Shown piece after piece: positions 28,967 through 39,901 of a stretch of DNA of 64,000 nt. This DNA is from Clostridia bacterium (GTDB lineage: Bacteria > Bacillota > Clostridia > TANB77 > CAG-465), in contig JAZUNZ010000003.1 of the NCBI GenBank assembly GCA_045604405.1, positions 20,574-84,573 of the forward strand, in the 5' to 3' direction. The translations under genes were made by a program, and so were the position numbers. Numbering within the stretch: the first letter of the stretch is position 1; each line of letters opens with the position of its first letter. Below the pieces are notes generated by a model. That model searched no databases. It saw nothing but the letters and a program-made list of their open reading frames with translations, and had not been told where the DNA came from.

Positions 28967-30210
28967 TACTTTTCTCCTTTCTGGTGCTCATTGCTGTCTA
29001 TAATGTCATATGTTGTTTTTATTTTTCCATTACCGTTTATTGTTATTTTAGAGTTCTTTAGAATGTCTATAAAGTCTCCTTTGCTGTTCTCATATTTAAA
29101 TGGATGTTTAAACTCCAAACTTTGACTTAAATTTAAAAAATCCACTCCTCTTTCTATTTCAATATTTATTATTTCTCTTAATTGTTCGGCTACCTTGTCA
29201 TTTAATTTATCCTCAAAGTAATCTATTTTGTCCTGAGTAAATATTGGCACTTGAGCATTTGTTTCTTCATAATCTGCTTGAAAATCTACGTCAATAACAA
29301 GTTCATTTATAACACCTTTGGGGTTAAACTTAAAACTTATATCTGTATTTAACTTTTCTACTCTAAATGAGACAAAGTATTCATCATCATATACCTGTAA
29401 TACATTTACATTGTCTTCTTTTAATATATAGTTTGCAAAAATTGTTTGATCCTCACTTAAATATTCTATTAAAACATTATTAGCAATAACCGCCGCCCCA
29501 CCATAAGTAAAAGAAGTTACTGCTTTTTTTGTGCTACTTTTATCTGAACTCGAACCTTGATTGTTTTCTTCTTCCTCCATCTGGCTGTCATAAAATTCCA
29601 AAGAATTTACTAATCCATCTCCTCTCTTAGAAAAAGTAATATGTCCTAAATCTACAATACTCGTCTCTACACTAGCGCTTGAAAGCCAATAATTTTCTTC
29701 CATATTTCTTATTTTTTCTGCAACTTTAAAATCTAATTTAGAAGCCTTTTCTAAAAATTCTTTTGCACTCATTCCTTTTGATATATATATTTTAGAATTA
29801 AGTCTTGTTTGGTAACCTCTTGCAACTGCGTCCGTAACATGCTCTATATCCGTTTTTAAGGTGTCTTCTCCTATTATAAAGTACTTTATATGACTTGCTG
29901 TAAGAAATTTGTCTGTAGTTGTTTGTAGCTGCCTTAGTGCCATGGAATAACTGTCTGCTGTCATATGTATTACTTTGCTTTCACCAGAATTTGCGCCCGA
30001 TTCACTACCCGAACTACTTTCTGAAGATTGATTTCGTTTTAGAAGAGTAATTCTATATCCATTATCCACTCTATCTAGTCCTGCTACCATTATAATTTCT
30101 GTATTTGATATATCACGTCTTAAAGGCATTAACTCCGCATTAAAAAGCGTGACTGCCACAATTCCTATTATTGTTATAGCTAATATAATTTTTGTTCTCA
30201 TATCTACCAC
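28966..30210 (-). CDS. Ger(x)C family germination protein
   Basis: Position between the A and B subunits. Typical GerC N-terminal (ELMPLRRDISNTEIIMVAGLD) and C-terminal patterns. No lipobox Cys seen. Confidence 0.8.
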   Translation of the reverse strand: MVDMRTKIILAITIIGIVAVTLFNAELMPLRRDISNTEIIMVAGLDRVDNGYRITLLKRNQSSESSSGSESGANSGESKVIHMTADSYSMALRQLQTTTDKFLTASHIKYFIIGEDTLKTDIEHVTDAVARGYQTRLNSKIYISKGMSAKEFLEKASKLDFKVAEKIRNMEENYWLSSASVETSIVDLGHITFSKRGDGLVNSLEFYDSQMEEEENNQGSSSDKSSTKKAVTSFTYGGAAVIANNVLIEYLSEDQTIFANYILKEDNVNVLQVYDDEYFVSFRVEKLNTDISFKFNPKGVINELVIDVDFQADYEETNAQVPIFTQDKIDYFEDKLNDKVAEQLREIINIEIERGVDFLNLSQSLEFKHPFKYENSKGDFIDILKNSKITINGNGKIKTTYDIIDSNEHQKGEK

Positions 30211-31658
30211 CTTGCCATTTTATCCTTACTTTTATTTATAGGTTCTCTAAACACCGTGTCAGATAAAATGTTTTTTCCGTTATTTGATGTGAATGGCTTT
30301 AGATATGGCACACCAAAACTTTCTATAGAACACATATAATAAAATAGTGCGATCAACGCAATAGAAAGCCCAAAAAATCCTGCTATAGAAGCGCATATTA
30401 CAAGAAGCAATCTATTTATTCTAATTGTATTTGCAAGGTCTTGATTCGGTATAACAAAACCACATATTGCAGCTATAGCTACAATAACAACAACAGCTGG
30501 CGAAACAAACTTAGCATTTACCGCAGCTTCTCCTACAATCAAAGCTCCAACAATAGATACTGTCTGCCCTGCCGTCTTTGGCATCCTAGCACCTGCCTCT
30601 AATAATATTTCAAATGCAACAAGCATTATTATAACTTCTAAGAAAGCTGGTAGTGGTACATTCTGTTTACTCTGTATTATACTTTCTGCAAGCGTCGTAG
30701 GTAGCATTTCTTGGTGGAAAGTAGTAACAGCAACATAAAGTGCCGGAAGTAACATTGATACAAACATACACACATATCTTAATGCACGTATAAATGAGCT
30801 TACAAAATAATTTATGTTGTACTCTTCAGTAGCTTGCATAAACATTGCAAGAACTGCTGGTGCTAAATAGCAACAAGGAAATCCATCTAAAAAAATTGCG
30901 ACCTTTCCCTCAATCAGATTTGCCGCGACCTTATCTGGTCTTTCCGTGACAATGGTTTGTGGAAATATACTAAATTTTCTATCAATAATATGTTCTTCAA
31001 AGTCTCCTACAGATACAATGCTTGGAACTTTGACACTTTTTATCCTTTCTTTTATACTTAAAACTAAATCTTCGCTAGCCACCCCTTCAACGTACATAAT
31101 GTTAACTTTAGTTTTTGTTTCTTCTCCTATCTCTTGTTCTAACACTTTTAACTTATCTGTTTGTAATCTTCTTCTAACTAACGACACGTTTATTGCACTT
31201 GCCTCTATAAAGCTTTCTCTTGCACCCTTTACAGCAATTTCATTTTCAGGCTTTTCAACGGCTCTTTTACTAAATCCCACCGCATTAAATATGTAACCTT
31301 CACTTTCACATACCAAAACAAAGTTTGCTGCAAGTATATTTGATACTATCTTGTCTACATCTGTTTCAACCTTTATATCCAAGTGATAAATTTTACCGCT
31401 TTTTATAACCCCCAAAAGGTCTGTAGAATTTTCAATATTTTGAATCTCGTCTGCTATTGGCATTAAAACCGCCTCATCTATTAATAGCTTATCTATAAAC
31501 TGGTCTATATACATTTTATATATCTCTACGTTTGTAGTCTCTGACACAATTTTTTGGCACACAAAATCACTACAGTTTTTAAATCTATCGCAAATAGCGC
31601 TTACTAAATTCAATTTATTTTCGTTACTTTTTTCCTTCTTCTTTTTAATAAATTTCAT
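30204..31658 (-). CDS. spore germination protein, GerA (A subunit) family
   Basis: GerA family core (...KGARESFIE...LVRRRL...FPQT...ERPDKVAANLIEGKVAIFLDG...) plus C-terminal TM helices. Confidence 0.9.
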   Translation of the reverse strand: MKFIKKKKEKSNENKLNLVSAICDRFKNCSDFVCQKIVSETTNVEIYKMYIDQFIDKLLIDEAVLMPIADEIQNIENSTDLLGVIKSGKIYHLDIKVETDVDKIVSNILAANFVLVCESEGYIFNAVGFSKRAVEKPENEIAVKGARESFIEASAINVSLVRRRLQTDKLKVLEQEIGEETKTKVNIMYVEGVASEDLVLSIKERIKSVKVPSIVSVGDFEEHIIDRKFSIFPQTIVTERPDKVAANLIEGKVAIFLDGFPCCYLAPAVLAMFMQATEEYNINYFVSSFIRALRYVCMFVSMLLPALYVAVTTFHQEMLPTTLAESIIQSKQNVPLPAFLEVIIMLVAFEILLEAGARMPKTAGQTVSIVGALIVGEAAVNAKFVSPAVVVIVAIAAICGFVIPNQDLANTIRINRLLLVICASIAGFFGLSIALIALFYYMCSIESFGVPYLKPFTSNNGKNILSDTVFREPINKSKDKMARW

Positions 31659-31725
31659 AATATACTCCTAGCATTATTATTTGTAAAATATATTTATATA
31701 TGCAAAAAGAGTGGCTGACCACTCT

Positions 31726-32157
31726 TTAATTTTGTTCGCCGTTTTGAACCTTTAACCTTTGACTAGATTTTAATAGGCTCTTATCCACAGTATCCACTAA
31801 CTTGTTTGCCAATTCTGGAAGCGCATCTACTAGTTTGTCTAGTGGTCTATCCGCATCTACTGTTAGTAGTTTAATTGTTCCATCTTTTACTACCAAGAAA
31901 GCAACTGGTGTAATTTTTACACCAGCTCCACTACCTCCACCAAATGGAAGCTTTGGATTTTCTGAGAATTTATTCAGTTTATTTGTGTTAAACTCACTTC
32001 CTCCTGCTGCAAAACCAAAACATACTTTAGATACTGGTATTATAGTAGTCCCGTCCGGGGTTTCCACTGTATCTCCTACTATTGTGTTTACATCAATCAT
32101 ATCTCTAAGTGAACTCATTGCTGTTACCATTAAATTTTCAATCGGATGCTCTGCCAT
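31726..32157 (-). CDS. ytfJ: sporulation protein YtfJ/GerW
   Basis: HPIENLMVTAMSSLRDMIDVNTIVGD...IIPVSKV.FGFAAGG is the canonical YtfJ pattern. Confidence 0.85.
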   Translation of the reverse strand: MAEHPIENLMVTAMSSLRDMIDVNTIVGDTVETPDGTTIIPVSKVCFGFAAGGSEFNTNKLNKFSENPKLPFGGGSGAGVKITPVAFLVVKDGTIKLLTVDADRPLDKLVDALPELANKLVDTVDKSLLKSSQRLKVQNGEQN

Positions 32158-32776
32158 ATTCTTCTCTCCTTTTCTTAAATACTAATATCTTATTCTTTCC
32201 ATTTTCTTCTTTTAAAAGCTTAAAATATTCTTTTCCAATTACTTTTATAGTATCTGCAATACTTATTTTAATTATACCCTCCAGCTTTAAATTTGCTAAT
32301 TTTTCACCTATATATGTTTGATAGTACAATCTTTTCATATTAAATTTATCTTGATTTAAATTTATATACATGCAAATTATTGTGTTCAATGCAGCATTAA
32401 CGTAAGAGTTTGCAATTGGCTCCCCTAAATTGAACCCTAGTGATAAAACAAATTTGTCTATATAGCTTTTCTTAATCAACTGATAAATAGTATCACTATT
32501 ATTAAATAGTTTCTTTATTTTATTTTCTTTTTGTTTTTTAGTGACCTTTTTGTTTTCTAATATTTTTTTATGAAAAACTGGTATTAATCCACAAAGCTTA
32601 AATGTAATTTTGCTTTCTACGCCTTTTATTTTTTTTACATCCAAAAAATATTTATCACAAGTAATATATAGCGTAATTTGTATACTTGATCGTACAAATA
32701 ATATTAAAAATAGCACAAAAAATATAGCTAATGAAAGTTTTAAAATCATACTATCACCAGCCATATTATTTTCCAA
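32138..32776 (-). CDS. DUF2953 (YtfI-like) protein
   Basis: N-terminal TM, located upstream of and overlapping ytfJ as in other sporeformers. Confidence 0.6.
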   Translation of the reverse strand: MENNMAGDSMILKLSLAIFFVLFLILFVRSSIQITLYITCDKYFLDVKKIKGVESKITFKLCGLIPVFHKKILENKKVTKKQKENKIKKLFNNSDTIYQLIKKSYIDKFVLSLGFNLGEPIANSYVNAALNTIICMYINLNQDKFNMKRLYYQTYIGEKLANLKLEGIIKISIADTIKVIGKEYFKLLKEENGKNKILVFKKRREEYGRASD

Positions 32777-32786
32777 ATTTTATGAA

Positions 32787-33584
32787 TTATTCTTTTATAA
32801 GAGAAATATCTATTTCAGATTTTGAAATTTTATTTACTAAAATATCTCCATAAAGTTTATCTTGTTTTATGCTAACATGTTTAAGTCTAGATAATTCAAG
32901 AACACTTAAAAATGCTGTAACTATATCTATATTAGTTGCATTCTTTTTATTAAATATATTACTAAATACAAAGCTTGTTTTTTTCTTAAACACTTCTATA
33001 ATTTGTTTTACCTTACTTTTTACTGTAACCTTTTCATACAACGCAATTTTTTTAATTTCTTCAGATTTAACGTTTATTTTATCAAATTTTCTTTTTAGCA
33101 CTGCATTATACATTTCAAGAAGATTCTCTTTCGTTGTCATTGTGCTTATGTCTAATTCTCTTTTTATTTTTATATTTTCTGGAAGCTTTTCAAAAGTACC
33201 AAAATTGGAATTATACATATCTCTCAGTTCTTGTTGTTTTTCTTTATACATTTTATATTTGGCTATTTTTTCAATTAGTTCTTCCTCTGTAATCTCGCAT
33301 TCCACCTCATCCTCTGGCTCTGCTATTGGTAGAAGCTTTTTAGATTTTATATAAAGTAGAGTTGTTGCCATTACAATAAACTCTGTTGCAATTTCCATGT
33401 CTAGCTCTTGCATCTCATTTATATATTCAATGTATTTATCTGTAAGCTCACTTAAAGAGATCTCAAAAATATCCATTTTGTTTTTGCTTATTAAAAAGCA
33501 TAACAAATCTAGCGGCCCTTCAAAATTTGAAATGACCACATTATATTTTTTGCTATTTTCTGCGTAGTCTGTCACATTTTCCAT
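32787..33584 (-). CDS. scpA: segregation and condensation protein A
   Basis: FEGPLDLLCFLISKNKMDIFEISLSELTDKYIEYI is the ScpA N-terminal signature. Confidence 0.85.
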   Translation of the reverse strand: MENVTDYAENSKKYNVVISNFEGPLDLLCFLISKNKMDIFEISLSELTDKYIEYINEMQELDMEIATEFIVMATTLLYIKSKKLLPIAEPEDEVECEITEEELIEKIAKYKMYKEKQQELRDMYNSNFGTFEKLPENIKIKRELDISTMTTKENLLEMYNAVLKRKFDKINVKSEEIKKIALYEKVTVKSKVKQIIEVFKKKTSFVFSNIFNKKNATNIDIVTAFLSVLELSRLKHVSIKQDKLYGDILVNKISKSEIDISLIKE

Positions 33585-34018
33585 TAGACTTTAAACCCTC
33601 TCCTATATAAATAGTTCTTTTGTTTCATTTCGTCGTATGACTTTAATTTTCCACATTTAAGTTTTTCTACGACTCTTTCTTCATAGTCTGCTTCCTTCAA
33701 AACATCTATTTCTTGTTCGATTATACTAGCTTTTATGCCCTTTTGCAATAGTTTGTTGGATATTTCGTATATTGAATAGTTTTGCATTTTTTCGCACTGC
33801 TTTATATATGATTTAACATAACCTATATCGTCTATATATCCCAAGTCCTTTAAGTACTCTATTTCCTCTTCAATAACTGAAGGGGCCACCTTTAACCCCT
33901 TCAGCTTAGTTCTTACTTCATATTCAGTTTTTTTAGAAATTCCTATATATCTTATTGCTTTGTCTCTAGCATATATATTTTCTTCACTATTATTCAAATT
34001 AGTTCTCCTCTTCAACAA
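33584..34018 (-). CDS. recX: RecX family regulator (short, 144 aa)
   Basis: Immediately downstream of and overlapping recA. Repeated helical units ([19 protein letters not shown]...GYIDD..Y). Confidence 0.7.
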   Translation of the reverse strand: MLKRRTNLNNSEENIYARDKAIRYIGISKKTEYEVRTKLKGLKVAPSVIEEEIEYLKDLGYIDDIGYVKSYIKQCEKMQNYSIYEISNKLLQKGIKASIIEQEIDVLKEADYEERVVEKLKCGKLKSYDEMKQKNYLYRRGFKV

Positions 34019-35063
34019 GATCTATTGTATCATCATCATCAATTTCTTCTATTTCACCAAGACTCTTTTCAAATGCTAAGTTAAAGTTATCTCTTACTTT
34101 TTCTTCTATTTGCTTCATTGCTTCAACATTTGCTTCTAAATATGCTTTAGCAGCTTCTCTACCCTGACCTATTTTCTCTCCATTATATGAGAACCAAGCT
34201 CCGCTTTTATTTACTATATCTAAATTTACTGCTAAATCTAGTATACAACCAGACGTAGATATACCTTTTCCATACACTATATCAAATTCAGCTTCTCTAA
34301 ATGGAGGTGCAACTTTGTTTTTAACAACTTTAACTTTAGTTCTAGATCCCATAACTTCTCCGTTTATTTTTATTGCTTCTTGTTTTCTAACTTCTAATCT
34401 TACTGAAGAATAGAATTTAAGTGCACGTCCTCCTGGTGTTGTTTCAGGATTTCCAAACATTATGCCTACCTTTTCACGTAATTGGTTAATAAATACCGCA
34501 ACAGTTTTAGACTTAGCAAGAACACCTGTAAGTTTTCTTAATGCTTGAGACATAAGTCTAGCTTGAAGACCTACATGCGAGTCTCCCATTTCACCGTCTA
34601 TTTCAGCCTTTGGAACAAGTGCTGCAACGGAGTCAATTACTATAATATCTATTGCTCCACTTCTTACTAATTGTTCTGTAATTTCTAATGCTTGTTCTCC
34701 AGTATCCGGTTGTGATACAATTAAATTGTCCACGTCAACTCCAAGATGTTTAGCATAAACAGGATCTAGCGCATGCTCTGCATCTATGAAAGCAGCAATG
34801 CCGCCCATTTTTTGAGCTTCAGCTATCATATGAAGTGCTACTGTAGTTTTACCTGAAGATTCTGGTCCATATACTTCAATTATTCTACCACGTGGCACAC
34901 CGCCAATTCCTAACGCTATATCTAAACTTAGAGCACCTGTAGGTATAGCGTCAACATTAACACTTCCTACTTCACCTAATTTCATTACTGATCCTTTTCC
35001 AAAATTTTTCTCAATTTGTGACAAAGCTATATCCAATGCTTTTTTTCTTTCTTCTGATATCAT
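33999..35063 (-). CDS. recA: recombinase RecA
   Basis: Canonical RecA (GPESSGKTT Walker A, L1/L2 loops). Confidence 0.98.
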   Translation of the reverse strand: MISEERKKALDIALSQIEKNFGKGSVMKLGEVGSVNVDAIPTGALSLDIALGIGGVPRGRIIEVYGPESSGKTTVALHMIAEAQKMGGIAAFIDAEHALDPVYAKHLGVDVDNLIVSQPDTGEQALEITEQLVRSGAIDIIVIDSVAALVPKAEIDGEMGDSHVGLQARLMSQALRKLTGVLAKSKTVAVFINQLREKVGIMFGNPETTPGGRALKFYSSVRLEVRKQEAIKINGEVMGSRTKVKVVKNKVAPPFREAEFDIVYGKGISTSGCILDLAVNLDIVNKSGAWFSYNGEKIGQGREAAKAYLEANVEAMKQIEEKVRDNFNLAFEKSLGEIEEIDDDDTIDLVEEEN

Positions 35064-35083
35064 ATATATTACCTCCTATAACC

Positions 35084-35131
35084 AGAACGTTTGTTTGAAT
35101 GTATTATACAATACGTACATTTGTTTGTCAA
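35084..35131 (-). promoter_or_regulatory. recA promoter (TTGACA - 17 - TATAAT) with Cheo/LexA-type boxes
   Basis: -35 at 35126-35131, -10 at 35103-35108. Box AGAACGTTTGTTTG at 35084-35097 has one mismatch to GAAC-N4-GTTC. A weaker box CGTACATTTGTTTG at 35113-35126 lies in the spacer. Confidence 0.6.
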
Positions 35132-35314
35132 CAATAATTTTATATTTTTTTAATATTTTTTCACGACACCATTATATCACCATAAAAGCCATTTAACAAA
35201 TGGTTTTTGAAAATATCTATACTCAGTAAACTTCGCCTTTACAGCCTCTAGCAAACTATTCATTTACAAATAACGACAAAAAATAACGCATTCAAAAGAA
35301 CACGTTATTTCTAT

Positions 35315-35614
35315 TTACAGCTGAACAAACTTTTTGCTAGTGTCAAATTCATAGTTTAATAAAGGTTCTCCATTATCAACTTTTGTAATTTCTAGCGAAT
35401 TCATTAAAACATCTGCATAACTATATGACAATTTTCTAGTACTGTCAGCTTCCCTTACTACAAACAAATTTGAATACGCACTATCTATTGTTCCTCTTTT
35501 GTTTACTTTTTTATTCCTACCGACGTTAGACTTGATGTCTATTTCCTGTCCAATGTAACTTTCAACATCTTGTCTTATCTTTTGCATAGACTCTTTAGAA
35601 ATCACTGTCATCAC
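35315..35614 (-). CDS. veg: Veg family protein
   Basis: ...IKSNVGRNKKVNKRGTIDSAYSNLFVV...SYSYADVL... aligns with B. subtilis Veg from memory. Confidence 0.75.
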   Translation of the reverse strand: MMTVISKESMQKIRQDVESYIGQEIDIKSNVGRNKKVNKRGTIDSAYSNLFVVREADSTRKLSYSYADVLMNSLEITKVDNGEPLLNYEFDTSKKFVQL

Positions 35615-35776
35615 CTCTTAATGCCTGAATTATAGCACGCTGCGCGTATTTTGTCAAAGTAGCGCGAAGCCTGTAACAGTTTAATATTTCAATATTATGT
35701 TTATGCCGTATTTGGTTTTTGCTTAAAAGTGAGCAACACCTCGCTTGATGTTGCTCATTTATTACAATTTGATTAA

Positions 35777-37030
35777 TTATTTCATTTCGTTTAGAGTTTT
35801 TATTGCTTGCTCTAATTGCGCGTCTGTTTTTGGATTAGCAGAATAATCTATCGACTGTCCTTGGTTTAAAGTTTTTTCTACATCCGGAGCAATTCCTTGA
35901 CCATGAATTTCAACGCCTGATGCCGTATAGTATTTAGCTACAGTAATAGCTACTCCACCACCGTTTTCTAAAGCTATGTAACTTTGCATTATTCCTTTTC
36001 CAAATGTAGTTGTTCCTACCAACTTACCAGCGCCTAAATCTTTTATAGATCCAGCTAATATTTCAGAAGCACTAGCACTATTTTCATTTATCAATACTAC
36101 TAATGGAACTTTAGATTTATTTGCATCCGATGTGTAGATTCTTGTTGTTCCATCTCCATACTCTTGCTTAATAATTGTTCCGCTTCCGCATAACAAGTCA
36201 GCTATTCGTACTGTTTCATCAACAAATCCACCAGGATTATCTCTTAAATCTATTATTATGCCTTTAACCTTTTCTTTATTTATCATGTTATAATATTCTT
36301 CTTTAAAGTTTTCGTAAACTCCTTGCTCAAATGAGAATATTTTTATATATCCTACATTATTGCCTATTAAAGAAGATGATATATCACTGCTTACTATCTT
36401 TGCTCTTATTACATTAAATTCTAATTCTTTACCTTCCCTTTCAAGTATTAATTTTACCACAGTTCCTTCTGGACCTTTTATTGCATTAGAAGCTTCATAA
36501 TAGTTATCTGCATTTACTACTATACTGTCTACTTTTTTAATTATATCTCCCGCTTTTATTCCTGCCTTTTTAGCCGGTGTATCTGGCATCACTCCTACTA
36601 TTATTGCTTCTCCACTATCTCTTGTCAAGGATATATGGATGCCTATTCCATAATATTCTTCATTACCCGAATTTACCGCCTCATCGAATTCTTCTGGTGT
36701 TAAATATCTTGTATACGGATCGTCTATATTTTCAAATATACCATTTATTGCGCCATCAATTAAGCTTTCTACATCAAGCTCTCCCATATATTTGCTCTGA
36801 AGCAACGTTAATACTTCAGATATTTTATCTGTTCCTTTTGACACAGCAATTTTATCACTTGGATTATATATATCTACATCTTGTCCTGATATAACTATAA
36901 ATGATATTATAGCTATAGCTGAAATTATTATTATTAGCGAGGCTGTTATAACCTCAGACCACATCTTCTTGTAATTCATATTACCCACTCTCCATTTAAT
37001 AATATTACTACAGTTGCCGGTTTTAGTCAA
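35777..37030 (-). CDS. S41 family C-terminal processing peptidase
   Basis: PDZ (GIKAGDIIKKVD) plus the S41 core (DLRDNPGG...SASASEILAG...GTTTFGKG). Confidence 0.9.
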   Translation of the reverse strand: MTKTGNCSNIIKWRVGNMNYKKMWSEVITASLIIIISAIAIISFIVISGQDVDIYNPSDKIAVSKGTDKISEVLTLLQSKYMGELDVESLIDGAINGIFENIDDPYTRYLTPEEFDEAVNSGNEEYYGIGIHISLTRDSGEAIIVGVMPDTPAKKAGIKAGDIIKKVDSIVVNADNYYEASNAIKGPEGTVVKLILEREGKELEFNVIRAKIVSSDISSSLIGNNVGYIKIFSFEQGVYENFKEEYYNMINKEKVKGIIIDLRDNPGGFVDETVRIADLLCGSGTIIKQEYGDGTTRIYTSDANKSKVPLVVLINENSASASEILAGSIKDLGAGKLVGTTTFGKGIMQSYIALENGGGVAITVAKYYTASGVEIHGQGIAPDVEKTLNQGQSIDYSANPKTDAQLEQAIKTLNEMK

Positions 37031-37100
37031 TTCATTTGATATTTTTTTGTTTTATTTTACATATTTTATCCATTGTTATTTTAAAAGATGTACTCAAGCT

Positions 37101-37129
37101 ATTGACTTGTACAAGCTTATGTAGTATAA
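37101..37129 (+). promoter_or_regulatory. rpsU promoter TTGACT - 17 - TATAAT
   Basis: -35 at 37101-37106, -10 at 37124-37129. Confidence 0.6.
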
Positions 37130-37189
37130 TTTTACAAGTAATTTAGAAATACGAATAATTGTATTTCCCACTGAGGGGAGGGAATATAA

Positions 37190-37363
37190 ATGCCAGGAAT
37201 AAAAGTAAAAGAAAACGAGACTTTAGATAACGCTCTTCAACGTTTTAAAAGACAATGTGCTAAGTCTGGTGTTCTTGCTGAAATAAAGAAAAGAGAACAT
37301 TATGAAAAGCCAAGCGTAAAGAGAAAAAAGAAATCTGAAGCTGCAAGGAAAAGAAAACATTAA
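37190..37363 (+). CDS. rpsU: 30S ribosomal protein S21 (57 aa, missing from the ORF track)
   Basis: Hand translation: [69 protein letters not shown]. Confidence 0.93.
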   Translation: MPGIKVKENETLDNALQRFKRQCAKSGVLAEIKKREHYEKPSVKRKKKSEAARKRKH

Positions 37364-37364
37364 A

Positions 37365-37388
37365 ATAAGCCCATATGGGCTTATTTTT
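37365..37388. terminator. bidirectional terminator AAGCCCATATGGGCTT
   Basis: Palindrome followed by a T-run on the plus strand; between convergent genes. Confidence 0.7.
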
Positions 37389-38080
37389 TATTCATATATT
37401 TTCCTTATCTCATTGCTATTTAACGTCTTGTATTCTCCCGTTTTTAGCCCGTCCAACGTTAAATTGCCTATAGCAATTCTTCTTAAAGATATCACTTTAT
37501 TTCCTACCGCCTCACACATTTTTCTTATTTGCCTATTCTTTCCTTCTTGTATTATAATAATAAGTTTTTTGTTGTTTATTTTCTCAACTATAGCCTGCCT
37601 TGTTATATAGCCTCCTATATCTATTCCACTTCTTAACTTGTCTATTTCATCATTAGAAATATCTTTTTTTAACTCAACCTCATACTTTTTAGATATATGC
37701 TTCGTTGGATGAATTATCTTGTTTGCAAATTCCCCATCATTAGTAAGCAATATAAGCCCTTCAGAATCCATATCCAATCTTCCTACAGGAAATACTCTTT
37801 CGCTTACCTTAATTAAATCTAATACTGACGGTCTATTAAATTGTTCTTTTGAAGTAGTAACATATCCCCTTGGCTTATTTAACATTATATATACTTTATT
37901 AATTTCTAGAAAAATTCTTTGCTCATCTACCTCTACTATATCATTTTCTGTTATTTTCATTCCTAGCTCTGTAACAGCTTGTCCATTAACTTTTACTCTG
38001 CCTTGTAAAATAATCTCATCCGCTGTTCTTCTAGAACATACTCCTGCACTTGCTATAAATTTATTTATTCTTAACTCCAA
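37388..38080 (-). CDS. RsuA/RluB family pseudouridine synthase
   Basis: S4 domain (RINKFIASAGVCSRR) plus the catalytic GRLDMDSEGL motif. Confidence 0.85.
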   Translation of the reverse strand: MELRINKFIASAGVCSRRTADEIILQGRVKVNGQAVTELGMKITENDIVEVDEQRIFLEINKVYIMLNKPRGYVTTSKEQFNRPSVLDLIKVSERVFPVGRLDMDSEGLILLTNDGEFANKIIHPTKHISKKYEVELKKDISNDEIDKLRSGIDIGGYITRQAIVEKINNKKLIIIIQEGKNRQIRKMCEAVGNKVISLRRIAIGNLTLDGLKTGEYKTLNSNEIRKIYE

Positions 38081-38171
38081 AAACTCACCACCTTTTTAAT
38101 TTTGCATATACTATATTATCATAGGCCTATGTTTTATATAGATTCGAGCAGACGGTTTTCGTTTGCTCTTG

Positions 38172-39104
38172 TTATTGTTCTTTTTTTCTCAAAGTCTCTA
38201 GGATCTCTTCAAATTGTTTTGGCGCCTGTTGATTAAATTCTAGGTACTCTTTTGTTGTTGGATGATTAAATCCTAATGTCATGGCATGTAACATTTGTCC
38301 ACTTATTCCAAATTCATTTTTTCCCTTGCTATATAGTTCATCACCTAAAAGCGGATGACCAATGTAAGACATGTGCACTCTTATTTGATGTGTTCTTCCG
38401 GTTTCTAGTGTAGCTTCTATTAGTGTATAACCAGACTTTTTAAATCTTTCTATTACTTTTATATATGTTACAGCATTCCTAGAATTCTTTTCCGTAACAG
38501 CCATCTTTATTCTATCATTTTGCGCTCTACCTATAGGAAGATCTATTTTTACATTATCCTTGTCCAATACTCCCTTAGCTATTGCTATATATTTTCTTGT
38601 TATATTATGCACCTTAAAATCGTCTGCAAGTGTTTTGTGTGCCTTGTCATTTTTTGCCACTACAAGTATTCCACTAGTATCCTTATCTATTCTATGCACA
38701 ATCCCCGGCCTAACCATTCCATTTATTGCAGAGAGTTTGTCCTTATGGCTATACATTAAAGAGTTAACTAATGTCCCTTCATAATTTCCATTACCAGGAT
38801 GGACTACCATTCCTTTTGGTTTGTTTATAACTATAACATCATTATCTTCATAAATAATATCTAGCTTAATATCTTCAGGTAATATTTCTAGTTCTTTGAT
38901 CTCTGCTTCTTCAATTGTTATTTTATCCCCCAGTTTAACTTTATATGAAGATTTTACATAATTATCATTTACGGTTATTTTTCCTTCATCTAATAATTTT
39001 TGCACATATGAACGAGTATATTCAGTATTAATTAAGCTTAAAATTTTATCTATTCTTTCACCAACATATTGGGTCTCTATTGTGTATTCCAAAACTACCT
39101 CCAA
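38172..39104 (-). CDS. rluD: RluA family (RluD-type) pseudouridine synthase
   Basis: S4 domain plus the HRIDKDTSG catalytic motif and GRTHQIRVH. Confidence 0.85.
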   Translation of the reverse strand: MEVVLEYTIETQYVGERIDKILSLINTEYTRSYVQKLLDEGKITVNDNYVKSSYKVKLGDKITIEEAEIKELEILPEDIKLDIIYEDNDVIVINKPKGMVVHPGNGNYEGTLVNSLMYSHKDKLSAINGMVRPGIVHRIDKDTSGILVVAKNDKAHKTLADDFKVHNITRKYIAIAKGVLDKDNVKIDLPIGRAQNDRIKMAVTEKNSRNAVTYIKVIERFKKSGYTLIEATLETGRTHQIRVHMSYIGHPLLGDELYSKGKNEFGISGQMLHAMTLGFNHPTTKEYLEFNQQAPKQFEEILETLRKKEQ

Positions 39105-39164
39105 AAAAAGTTCATATTATAGTATATATAATACCATTATATGAGCTTTTTTGCAATAAAGGAG

Positions 39165-39446
39165 CTATACTTGTCTGTCTTTTACTATGTCTTCTAAAGT
39201 TATTGGAGTCACTTTTCCGTCATTTAGCGATTTTATAAACGACCTTACATCATTTTCATTTATACCTACATTGTTTACACATACACTAGACAAGAGTTTT
39301 CCACTGTGACTAATTTTATCTATCTTTACACCAAAACTACTTACTGTATCATTGTCATCTATAAATTTTTTTGTTGTTTTTGTCATGTAATATTTGCATC
39401 TAAAATTCTTTATAAATCTATCATATAAACATTCTATTTGTTCCAT
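39165..39446 (-). CDS. hypothetical protein (93 aa) occupying the position where sigF is expected
   Basis: ORF with SD; no sigma-70 regions recognisable. Confidence 0.45.
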   Translation of the reverse strand: MEQIECLYDRFIKNFRCKYYMTKTTKKFIDDNDTVSSFGVKIDKISHSGKLLSSVCVNNVGINENDVRSFIKSLNDGKVTPITLEDIVKDRQV

Positions 39447-39456
39447 TTAATCCCCC

Positions 39457-39900
39457 TTATGACTTTATAGTTTTAAGTTTTTTTGTCATTATAACAGACG
39501 TTCCTTCATTAGATTTAGAGTCAATCACAACCTCATCCATAAACGTTTCCATTATTGTAAACCCCATACCAGCGTGTTCTAGTTCGGGTTTTGTTGTATA
39601 TGTTGGAGTTGTTGCAAGAGCTATATCTTCTATGCCAATTCCTTGGTCTATGATCTGTACCCAAAAATATGTCATGTCGTCAAGTTTTCCTAGTTTTATT
39701 ATAACCTCTACTTCACCAGAATTTTCTAAATTATATCCATGTTCTATACTATTTGTTACAGCCTCTGAGACCGCCGTTTTTATATCTGATAATTCATCTA
39801 GAGTAATATTAGTTCTGCTTAAAAAAGATGCCACCATAACCCTTACCAAACTAACATTCTCCAGTTTAGAATCTATTTTTATGCTTGCTTTATTTAACAT
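39457..39900 (-). CDS. spoIIAB: anti-sigma F factor (serine kinase) SpoIIAB
   Basis: Aligns closely with B. subtilis SpoIIAB from memory (VRVMVASF...ELSDIKTAVSEAVTNSIEHGY...TTKPELEHAGMGFTIMETFMDEV). Confidence 0.85.
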   Translation of the reverse strand: MLNKASIKIDSKLENVSLVRVMVASFLSRTNITLDELSDIKTAVSEAVTNSIEHGYNLENSGEVEVIIKLGKLDDMTYFWVQIIDQGIGIEDIALATTPTYTTKPELEHAGMGFTIMETFMDEVVIDSKSNEGTSVIMTKKLKTIKS

Positions 39901-39901
39901 T

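Noticed and set aside
39165-39446. The 93-aa ORF as a degraded sigF remnant
   Set aside because: No trace of sigma-70 region 2 or 4 motifs in any frame of 39105-39456. The ORF looks like an intact small gene with its own SD.
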